NCBI RefSeq assembly: GCF_000025945.1 | Contig: NC_006138.1 | Span: forward strand, 2,340,001-2,372,000 | DNA length: 32,000 bases | Reading direction: 5' to 3' | From: Desulfotalea psychrophila LSv54 | Lineage (GTDB): Bacteria; Desulfobacterota; Desulfobulbia; Desulfobulbales; Desulfocapsaceae | Shown here: in pieces, positions 1 through 8,104 of the stretch | How positions within the stretch are numbered: the stretch's first letter is position 1 | Layout of the letters: each line of letters opens with the position of its first letter | The notes under the pieces: model-generated | Seen by the model: the letters and a program-made list of their open reading frames with translations, nothing else | Database searches by the model: none | What the model was told of the DNA's origin: nothing | Made by a program: the position numbers and the translations under genes

Positions 1-1
1 A

Positions 2-487
2 TTTGTTAGCACAACGCATCTAGACGAATTTATTGAGATTACCGGAAAAATTGTGGAGATCGCCGAGAGGGGATTCAAGGATATTGAGTTGATCCGAATT
101 CATAGTGATTGTCATAGTAGGAACATTCTGAATCGCCCCGAAGAAGGTCTCATGATTATTGATTTTGATGACATGGTGACAGGTCCTCCCGTTCAAGATA
201 TTTGGCTTTTATTGCATGATTATGCTGATAGATCCCAAAGGGAGATAAATCTTATATTAGAAGGGTATGAACAGTTTCGGGAATTTGATGATAGGAGCTT
301 GAAGCTGATCGAACCGTTGCGTGCGATGAGAATGCTCCATCACTTAGCCTGGTGCAGCAAACAGGTTAATGATTTTCAGTTTAATAAAAACTTTCCAGAT
401 TGGGGAAGCGATGCTTTTTGGCAAAGAGAAATATCGGATCTTCGGATTCAGTTGCAGATTATTCTAGAAAAGCACTCCACTGGTTAA
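2..487 (+). CDS. srkA: C-terminal part of YihE/SrkA-like (RdoA/MazF family) protein kinase, truncated by the window edge
   Basis: The open frame runs from the first bases of the window. The motifs IHSDCHSRNIL and MIIDFDDMVTGPPVQDIWLLLHD match the aminoglycoside phosphotransferase/SrkA catalytic and Mg-binding region. Confidence 0.85.
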   Translation, partial: FVSTTHLDEFIEITGKIVEIAERGFKDIELIRIHSDCHSRNILNRPEEGLMIIDFDDMVTGPPVQDIWLLLHDYADRSQREINLILEGYEQFREFDDRSLKLIEPLRAMRMLHHLAWCSKQVNDFQFNKNFPDWGSDAFWQREISDLRIQLQIILEKHSTG

Positions 488-782
488 TATGAATTAGTTA
501 AAGAATTTTTCCGATATGAGTCAAGGTGAGAAATACGAGTAAAAGGCATTGGTCGAGATGTAATGACCTATTGGGCCAGAGAATATAAGAAATAAGCAGT
601 AAATGGAAATGACATAACAAATGAATTCACAAAGATTGCTGACCCTACGTTTTTTCTCGAAAGGTTTTGCAAGGTTCAAAGATCATCTTTCTCTCTAAGT
701 TCAATGCTGGGCCAGCAACTTGTGATCCAGACGTTAGTATTCCCTGTGTTGAAAATCGACTCTTCACAGGCAGTAAAAAATT

Positions 783-1396
783 ATGATTTATTATATGGGG
801 TTAATCGGAATAGCCGCTTTTGCCATAACAGGGGTAATTGCAGCCGGTAAAAAAGGGATGGCTATATTCAGCGTTGTCCTGCTCGGTGTTGTTACCGCGC
901 TCGGAGGCGGCACTCTGCGTGATGTGATTATAGATTCTGGCCCGGCCTTCTGGGCTAACGATTTACTTTATCTATGGATAGCCGTGTCGGCTTCTGTCAT
1001 AACATTTTTTCTGATCCAGCATGTGCGTCATGCTCTGAAACTACTGCTGTTCGTTGATGCATTCGGCCTATCTCTTTTTACCGTTCTTGCAACGGAGAAA
1101 ACTCTTGTTCTGGGCTTTTCTGAGCCGGTTGCTGTATTAATGGGGTGATCACCGGAATCGCGGGCGGCATGATCCGTGACATGCTGACAGGCCGAATGCC
1201 TCTGCTTTTAGGCAGGGAATTCTATGCGACTCCCGCGCTGCTCGGAGCCGTTGTATTTTGCCTCATCCGTTATTATTTCCCTCTGCATGGCTTTAACATC
1301 ATTTACGCCGTCGGTATTATATTCATACTCAGATCATCTGCGATTCAATGGGGGCTGTATTATCCGAAATGGCTTATTTACAGTGAAAAAAACTGA
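783..1396 (+). pseudogene. TRIC/UPF0126 (YicG-like) trimeric intracellular cation channel family protein, split by a frameshift
   Basis: ORF 783..1148 (FAITGVIAAGKKG...TALGGGTLRDVI) and ORF 1145..1396 (MITGIAGGMIRDMLTGRMPLLL) are consecutive halves of one family member. The junction is ATG GGG TGA; one more G would restore M-G-V-I-T-G-I-A-G-G. Confidence 0.75.
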
Positions 1397-1478
1397 ACAG
1401 ATTAAGTGTTTCAGTCAGATTTATATGTCTTTCAAACAGAACCAATCGTAGGGAACTCAACAACTAAGGGGATAGCAA

Positions 1479-1601
1479 CTAGCCTCCGGGATAAAATTCA
1501 CCAGTGCCTGGATTAACTGCACCATCATCCCAGTCATCTTCAGCATAGGCCGTGGATGATAATAAGACTGCTGCCAGTACTAAAATGATAAACTGTTTCA
1601 T
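1479..1601 (-). CDS. Short predicted secreted peptide (40 aa) MKQFIILVLAAVLLSSTAYAEDDWDDGAVNPGTGEFYPGG
   Basis: I read this by hand on the minus strand. It has a start ATG, a positively charged N-terminus, a hydrophobic core and an AYA/E-type signal peptidase site, then an acidic/Gly-Pro tail ending in TAG. A G-rich ribosome-binding-like tract (GGGGGGGG) lies just upstream. It is below the length cutoff of the supplied ORF track. Confidence 0.6.
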   Translation of the reverse strand: MKQFIILVLAAVLLSSTAYAEDDWDDGAVNPGTGEFYPGG

Positions 1602-1974
1602 ACACCCCCCCCGTTGTTGAGACTTCTTTAAAAGAAGTGATCTCTTCATAAGCTAATTTCCTTTTTAAGGTTAGGTGAAAAGCACCTGATTCACAAAGGT
1701 TCTTTTTTGGGGGGAGAGGTCAAGGTTGTAGTAGACGTGGGCTCTTTCTCCCTCCCCTCGCTATTAAATTGGTAACATTCACAGGTGGTAAGCACCTGGT
1801 AAACAACTCGTCAACTCTTACCTTTTAGCGTGGATTTTGTCAAAATACACCCCTTCCTCTCCCTGGTATGTGATATGGTTGAGGCAGGATTTAAACCATA
1901 TTGGTATGCACTCTCCATCACTCCATAAGCCCGCTCTATCTTAAGACTTAATTTCTAGCAATGGCACAAGAATT

Positions 1975-2589
1975 ATGAATTTCGGAACAATCAAACATTG
2001 GAATGACGAAAAAGGATACGGTTTTATCACTCCAGATAATGGAGGGAATGACGTATTCTTACATATCAAAGCCTTCAAAAAACGACCACACCGCCCTGAA
2101 ATTGGTCAGGTTATTTCATATGGTACAACATCGGGTGACAAGGGTCGTTTACGCGCATGCAATGTGCAGTACATGGAAGACAAATCTTCTTCAACACACA
2201 CGAAAAAACTCACATTTACAATTTATTGCGCATTTTTATATGTGATTGGTATCGCCGTTGGAGTTTATCTGGGAAAACTTCCAAAAGTTTCTATCTATTT
2301 ATACTTAGGGGCGAGCTTTATCACTTTTCTTGCGTATGGCATTGATAAATCAAAGGCTAAACAAGGTGGATGGCGTACGCAAGAAAGCACTTTACACTTA
2401 TTTTCAATCGTTGGTGGGTGGCCAGGTGCTCTTCTTGCTCAACAAAAATTTAACCATAAAACAACGAAAGAATCATTTCGTTCTGAGTTCTGGGGTACAG
2501 TAGTTATGAACTGTGTTGGCTTTTTTTGGTTCACATCTCCAGGCGCATTAGAAAAAACCATCCATTTCTTAGACAAGTTTTTAAAATAA
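1975..2589 (+). CDS. Cold-shock domain + DUF1294 membrane protein
   Basis: The N-terminus MNFGTIKHWNDEKGYGFITPDNGGNDVFLHIKAF is a CSD. The C-terminus AYGIDKSKAKQGGWRTQESTLHLFSIVGGWPGALLAQQKFNHKTTKESFRSEFW is the DUF1294 signature. Confidence 0.9.
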   Translation: MNFGTIKHWNDEKGYGFITPDNGGNDVFLHIKAFKKRPHRPEIGQVISYGTTSGDKGRLRACNVQYMEDKSSSTHTKKLTFTIYCAFLYVIGIAVGVYLGKLPKVSIYLYLGASFITFLAYGIDKSKAKQGGWRTQESTLHLFSIVGGWPGALLAQQKFNHKTTKESFRSEFWGTVVMNCVGFFWFTSPGALEKTIHFLDKFLK

Positions 2590-3838
2590 AAGGATAACAA
2601 ACGCTGTTGGTAGCCAGACTATTTGCTGTGCTCCGAATTTGCCATAACAAAAAACTAAGCTTTAGTTATATTCCAAAAACATTGCCAGCAAGACAACCTT
2701 GCTGTTACCATGCAATCTATTTAACACGCTGTAAAGGCAACATAACTGCCATAACCTAAAGTCAAAGTAAAAGACAGTCCGTAAGACCACATCCAACAAA
2801 AGGCAAAAGCTGAGGGGTGACAGCTGCCGTCCCAACCGACTCCACCAACTACGCTAAAAGCCAAGCCACTGCCCTCCACCTTTGACCAGCCCCCTCCCAT
2901 GTTGGGGACAACACCCATTGTTATGAAGCTGAGCAGCGGAGAAGTTGGCGGAAATAGAGTTTGAGCTGTTTGAGCTAGCCTTCTTAAACTCTCGTGGGGC
3001 TTGGAAGAGCGGTCCAACCCCTCTGTCATGCACCATCATTTCAACGCGTTGGCGTTACGACCGTATTAGGATGGAGGCGGTGGGCAGGTCAGGACGAACT
3101 GCTAGCTGCGCCCAGGAGCCCGTTCGCAAGCTTAGCGAAAGCTGAAACGAGAGTGAGGATTGGTAACTGGGCCGGGGCGGCATGGGGTGCAAAGGGGGGA
3201 ATGCTTCCTCCTTTGGCCAGTGTGGCTGGCAAGCCACGATCCGGTGACTACCATCAAATCCAGGAAACTCGATCGAGGGTCGTGATGCCAATTTGTTATA
3301 ATGATAAATTATCGCCCTGTGCGATGTAACTCAACCCTTTTGAGTAAAAGAAAATGATGTACCCCACAACCAGCAACGATCTCCCCACCACTCCTAAGCA
3401 GACATGGACGGGCCACACACCTTAACAACGCGAAAGGCGGACGATGGCCTGGCTGACGGCTGAGCATGTTAACAGGCCCTATGGGAGGAGTTCCTTCCTG
3501 CTCTAATGCAATAAGCCCGTTTGCGAAGCGAACCCTCTTTGAGTTGATGTCGATTTTTTGATATCATCCGTAGTGGACGCAGGTCTGTGTTTGTCGGCGC
3601 TTGAGCCAGGCAAGATTGGCTGTGAGAGATATCCAGTTAGAAGGGGGTATCGTGGATGAAAAAGCGTTGGCAAATTGTGTTTTGCGATGGGGCGAGAAAC
3701 CGGATAATAACTTGTTATGCTGACGGAATAACCTCGTAAGCCTGCTGCCGAAACGATTGCCGTTTTCCATCTCTCTCTTTCTTGTCAATTTCTATTTCGT
3801 CAGAGAGAAATGGGGACACCTATAAAGGAGATTCTATT

Positions 3839-4303
3839 ATGGACTGCCGTATCTGCATGAGCCCATTACCCACACCTCTCTATACTGATCAATCAGCGGG
3901 TACTGTCATCGACTTTATGCGCAAGCATCACCTTGAATTTGTTCCTATTGTGGACCGTGATAATAAGTTTGCCGGATTGGTCAGCACTGAAAAACTGATG
4001 CGGATGTTGTTACCCAAATCAATTGGGATGATGCGTAGCATAAAACATGCCAGTTACTTACGTGAATCCGCTGAGGACTTGCAGGCTCGTATGGATGATA
4101 TCCGTTTCCGGCTAATCGGTGATTTGCTCGATCCACATGCCCAAACAGTACATCCTGACGCATCCCTGGTCGATGCCCTGATGGTGATCAGTAATCGTCA
4201 GTATATAGTGCCTGTGGTGGATGACGACGGTCTACTCGTTGGCGCCATCTCCTACTTTTCTATCATGCATGCGCTTGAAGCGGCACAGGAAGAAAGGCCA
4301 TGA
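3839..4303 (+). CDS. CBS-domain pair protein
   Basis: The sequence shows two CBS-like modules (MDCRICMSPLPTPLY...FVPIVDRDNKFAGLVSTEKLM; HPDASLVDALMVISNRQYIVPVVDDDGLLVGAISYFSIM). AAAGGAG lies at 3825-3830, just upstream of the ATG at 3839. The ORF-track start at 3782 lacks this support. Confidence 0.85.
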   Translation: MDCRICMSPLPTPLYTDQSAGTVIDFMRKHHLEFVPIVDRDNKFAGLVSTEKLMRMLLPKSIGMMRSIKHASYLRESAEDLQARMDDIRFRLIGDLLDPHAQTVHPDASLVDALMVISNRQYIVPVVDDDGLLVGAISYFSIMHALEAAQEERP

Positions 4304-5643
4304 ATCCGCCGAATCAAGACCAGATCGCTACTCTCTTTGGCCTGGATCCTGTCATACTATCGGCCTCTATCCTCGTCATTACATTCATTGTCCTATTCAG
4401 CGAGCGCTTTAACCGAACCGTTGTCTCCCTGATTGGTGCCTGTACTGTTATTATCACCGGTATCCTGACCCAGGAACAGGCCATAGCAGGCATAGACTTT
4501 AACACCCTGGCCCTTTTAACGGGCATGATGATCATTGTCGCGGTAACCCGCCAGACAGGTCTTTTTGAATATATTTCCATCTGGGCTGTTCAGCTGGTCA
4601 AGGGGGACCCACGAGGTGTACTGATTGTACTGGCACTGGTTACGGCACTGTTTTCAGCATTTCTTGATAATCTGACCACTGTATTGTTGGTAGTGCCGGT
4701 CGCCTTGCTTATTGCCGAGAAATTGGAAGTATCCCCTTACCCGTTTTTAATCTCTCAAATACTGGCATCCAATATCGGTGGCACTGCTACTCTTATCGGT
4801 GATCCGCCAAATATTCTTATTGGCTCAGCCACCGGATACTCATTTACGGACTTTCTTTTTAATCTGGGGCCACTGGTATTGATACTGCTGGTACTGACCA
4901 CTTTATTCCTCTATTTCTATCTTGGCAGTTCTTTGCAAACATCAGAGGAAAATCGTTCCAGGATCATGCGCTTTCGACCGGCTGACAGTATACAGGACCC
5001 GGCCCTGTTGAAGGTTTCATTGACTATGATTGCCGCTGTCATTGCCGGCTTCATATTCGGCGACCATTATGGAATAGCCCCCGGTACAATTGCTATGTTC
5101 AGTGCAGCTCTGTTACTGTTATTTTGTGATTTCGGAGAAAGTGCCCAGGTGCAGGGTCAGCGTCTGCGTCTGGCTTTAGCCGAAGTCGAATGGGGCGCAC
5201 TATTTTTTTTCATGGGTCTATTCATTCTGGTTCATGGGGTTAAACATACCGGCATACTGCATATGCTGGGTGATAAGCTGATTCAGTTAACCGAAGGTGA
5301 TCCGCAAACCACCGCATTTTCGGTATTGTGGCTGTCTGCTTTGGCATCCTCAGCCATCGACAACATCCCCTTTGTTGCAACAATGATTCCTCTGGTGGAA
5401 TCAATGGAGATCAGTCTTGGCGGTGCAGAGGCAATAAAGCCCGTCTGGTGGTCACTGGCACTTGGATCTTGTTTAGGTGGTAATGGTTCATTGATTGGTG
5501 CAGCTGCTAACGTAATGGTGGCTGGTTTGGGTGATCGGGCAGGCTATCCCCTTAATTTTCTCGATTTCATTAAAATAGGTTTGCCAATCATGCTGGTTAG
5601 CGTCCTTATAGCTCATGTTTATGTTTACTTGGTTTATTTTTAG
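4300..5643 (+). CDS. ArsB/NhaD-type ion transporter superfamily permease
   Basis: 447-aa polytopic protein containing ILASNIGGTATLIGDPPNILIGSATGYSFTDF and ASSAIDNIPFVATMIPLV, characteristic of the ArsB/NhaD/Slc13-like superfamily. It overlaps the upstream stop as ATGA. Confidence 0.88.
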   Translation: MNPPNQDQIATLFGLDPVILSASILVITFIVLFSERFNRTVVSLIGACTVIITGILTQEQAIAGIDFNTLALLTGMMIIVAVTRQTGLFEYISIWAVQLVKGDPRGVLIVLALVTALFSAFLDNLTTVLLVVPVALLIAEKLEVSPYPFLISQILASNIGGTATLIGDPPNILIGSATGYSFTDFLFNLGPLVLILLVLTTLFLYFYLGSSLQTSEENRSRIMRFRPADSIQDPALLKVSLTMIAAVIAGFIFGDHYGIAPGTIAMFSAALLLLFCDFGESAQVQGQRLRLALAEVEWGALFFFMGLFILVHGVKHTGILHMLGDKLIQLTEGDPQTTAFSVLWLSALASSAIDNIPFVATMIPLVESMEISLGGAEAIKPVWWSLALGSCLGGNGSLIGAAANVMVAGLGDRAGYPLNFLDFIKIGLPIMLVSVLIAHVYVYLVYF

Positions 5644-5719
5644 TTTCACAGCTAAGGTGATCTGCCAAGGGGAAGTCTGTAACGCCATGAAGTAAAAGTA
5701 TGTAGCCGATCGCTTAACG

Positions 5720-5742
5720 CAGACCGCTGGAAGTGCGGTCTG
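5720..5742. terminator. Possible terminator-like hairpin after the transporter gene
   Basis: CAGACCGC-TGGAAGT-GCGGTCTG is a perfect 8-bp stem. There is no clear T tract. Confidence 0.4.
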
Positions 5743-5873
5743 CCGGGAACCTGGTTGCCAGATTAACTATAAATACCAAGTGACACTATTGAATAGCGGC
5801 TGGTTAGCTCAGCCGTCATGTTTCGAGACAGTAGTGTCCCAAGATGAAAAACCTGCCTGCTTCAGGAGTGAAA

Positions 5874-7619
5874 ATGCAAAAAAAAATCTTTTCCCCCCTC
5901 TATATCCTTGCTCTGTTTCTATTTCTGTCCGCTTCCAGGGCTTATGCGTACAGTCCAGCATACAAGATACTTATTTTACATTCCTATTCCATGGACTACA
6001 TGTGGACGGAGGAGCTGCATCAGGGGATAACAGAGACTCTTGAAAAAATGTCTCCACCCTCACAGTTCCGCGTTGAATTCATGGACACAAAAAATTTTTT
6101 TAATGAAGCCTATATCAAAAGCCTTGCCCATACCTATACCCTGAAATACGCTGAGGTACAGTTCGATGGCATCGTTGTAACAGACAACAACGCCCTGGCC
6201 TTTATGACAAGTTATGGAAAAGATATTTTTCCAGGAGTTCCCGTAGTGGCCTGCGGGATCAACGACGCGAGGCCACCGGAAGAGGGAAGTAATATCAAAA
6301 GTATCATTGCGGCGGGAGCTGACCATGGAGAAACCATAAGGCAGGCATTGAAGTACTGGCCGGATGCCAAAAGACTGTTTGTCCTTTACGATGCAACCCC
6401 CACAGGCCAATTCATAGCCAGCGAGGTACGACAGTCTCTCTCCTCATTAGAAGCCCCTCTCAAAGCCCAATTCATATCCGACAAAAGCCTTGATGAACTG
6501 AAACGATTTGTTGCTACCCGCAAGGCAACGGATCTTGTATATACACTTCCCTTTTTCCGTGACATCACCGGGAATGTATTTGCGGAAGGTCAGGCGGTGA
6601 GGGAACTTGCTTCCCTCTCCTCAGTCCCCATCCTGGCTTCCTGGTCCTTTCAGTTGGGCACAGGCGTTATTGGTGGACGATGCGTCTCCCCGTATTATTC
6701 AGGAGAGCTGGCGATGCGCACCCTCATGGAGATTCTTGACGGACAGGCTGTACCGCCTTTCCAGTCGCACGTTTCCGTGTTCGAAAACCGCTATGATTAT
6801 GAAGTGGTGAAACAGTTTGGCATCCAGGAAAAACTTCTTCCTGAAGATACCATATTCATCAACAGGCCCTTATCATTTTATGAAAAGCATCGCGACGTAC
6901 TGCTGCCGGCAGGTATCGTAATCGCCATCCTTTCCATCATTGCAACGCTTCTATTCCTGAATCTCCAGAAACAACGAACCATCAATGTCACCAACGCCCG
7001 TCTAATAGCTCTGGACAAGGAACTCATCACGACCCAACGGGAGTTGGTGAGTACCCTGGGCGAAGTGATTGAAGTCAGATCAAAGGAAACAGGCAATCAT
7101 GTGAAGCGTGTTGCCAAGATATCACGACTGATTGGGGAAAAAATCGGACTGAGTGATCATGAGCTGGAAACCCTGGAGGCCGCCTCACCGATGCATGACG
7201 TGGGAAAGATTGGCATTCCCGAGAGTATTCTGCAGAAACCAGGAAAACTCACAGATGCAGAATTTGACGTTATCAAGACGCATACGACTATAGGCAAGGA
7301 CATTCTGGGCTCTTCTGACCGGGAGCTTTTGAGCATCGCCTGCATCATCGCTCACCAACACCATGAACGTTGGGACGGAACCGGATACCCGGCCGGTCTC
7401 GATGGTGAAAAGATCAGCATATATGCCAGAATTACAATGCTGGCCGATATCTATGACGCTCTTTCGTCAGATCGGTCATATAAAACGGCATGGTCGGAAA
7501 AACAAATCTACGAATACATTCGCTCCAAACGTGAGAAATTCTTTGACCCCTATCTTGTTGACGTTTTCTTTGAACACATAGGCGAGGTAAGGGCCATACG
7601 AACTCAATATCGAAAATGA
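5874..7619 (+). CDS. HD-GYP domain protein with N-terminal ABC_sub_bind-like periplasmic sensor region and a transmembrane segment (putative cyclic-di-GMP phosphodiesterase)
   Basis: N-terminus has a signal peptide and YKILILHSYSMDYMWTEELHQGI...FDGIVVTDNNALAF. A TM segment (VLLPAGIVIAILSIIATLLFL) is followed by HDVGKIGIPESILQKPGKL and HHERWDGTGYPAGLDGEKI (HD-GYP). AGGAG lies about 6 nt upstream of ATG 5874, which fits better than the track start at 5844. Confidence 0.92.
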   Translation: MQKKIFSPLYILALFLFLSASRAYAYSPAYKILILHSYSMDYMWTEELHQGITETLEKMSPPSQFRVEFMDTKNFFNEAYIKSLAHTYTLKYAEVQFDGIVVTDNNALAFMTSYGKDIFPGVPVVACGINDARPPEEGSNIKSIIAAGADHGETIRQALKYWPDAKRLFVLYDATPTGQFIASEVRQSLSSLEAPLKAQFISDKSLDELKRFVATRKATDLVYTLPFFRDITGNVFAEGQAVRELASLSSVPILASWSFQLGTGVIGGRCVSPYYSGELAMRTLMEILDGQAVPPFQSHVSVFENRYDYEVVKQFGIQEKLLPEDTIFINRPLSFYEKHRDVLLPAGIVIAILSIIATLLFLNLQKQRTINVTNARLIALDKELITTQRELVSTLGEVIEVRSKETGNHVKRVAKISRLIGEKIGLSDHELETLEAASPMHDVGKIGIPESILQKPGKLTDAEFDVIKTHTTIGKDILGSSDRELLSIACIIAHQHHERWDGTGYPAGLDGEKISIYARITMLADIYDALSSDRSYKTAWSEKQIYEYIRSKREKFFDPYLVDVFFEHIGEVRAIRTQYRK

Positions 7620-8059
7620 GGAATCGCTTATAACTTTTAGGGCGTGACTTGCCCTGTAATTACCCTGCTTTTCTTTTTGACAGGATCTGAACCAGTGAAA
7701 ATATAAAAAATCTCACTAAAGAATATCAGAGAGTTGAATGGCGTCAAAAAACAAGCAGAGAAGAAAAAGACTCAACATAATTACTGTGACTGGTGACACC
7801 AAAACGTTGAAATAATTGTATACCATCTCTTTCTTTGGTTCTGGCATGGCAACAGTAAAAGCACCCTGTCGATTTTCCCAAAAGTACTGAGCTGCATGTT
7901 ATCGGCACATTTATAGAGTGAGAATTTTACGAAACAATAGATTGGCATCACGACCCAAATCTTCAGCAGACAATCCGGTTAGCTTCTTGGCAATATAAAA
8001 AATATACCCCTTTTAAAAGGTCTGGTTTTGATCTTGTCCGATTGTTTTTTAAGGTTACT

Positions 8060-8088
8060 CCCCGTGCACCGCGGCGCGGTGCACGGGG
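8060..8088. terminator. Strong GC-rich hairpin downstream of the first autotransporter
   Basis: CCCCGTGCACCGC-GGC-GCGGTGCACGGGG is a perfect 13-bp stem lying 17 nt beyond the end of the minus-strand ORF. The hairpin is a factual observation; its terminator role is inferred. Confidence 0.7.
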
Positions 8089-8104
8089 CCTGCCCCTATT
8101 TCTA

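Noticed and set aside
2590-3040. TAACAAACGCTGTTGG ... AACGCGTTGGCGTTACG considered as an integron attC-like pair around the DUF1294 gene
   Set aside because: The right-hand core does not fit GTTRRRY, and there is no palindromic attC fold or integrase. The spacing is also too long.
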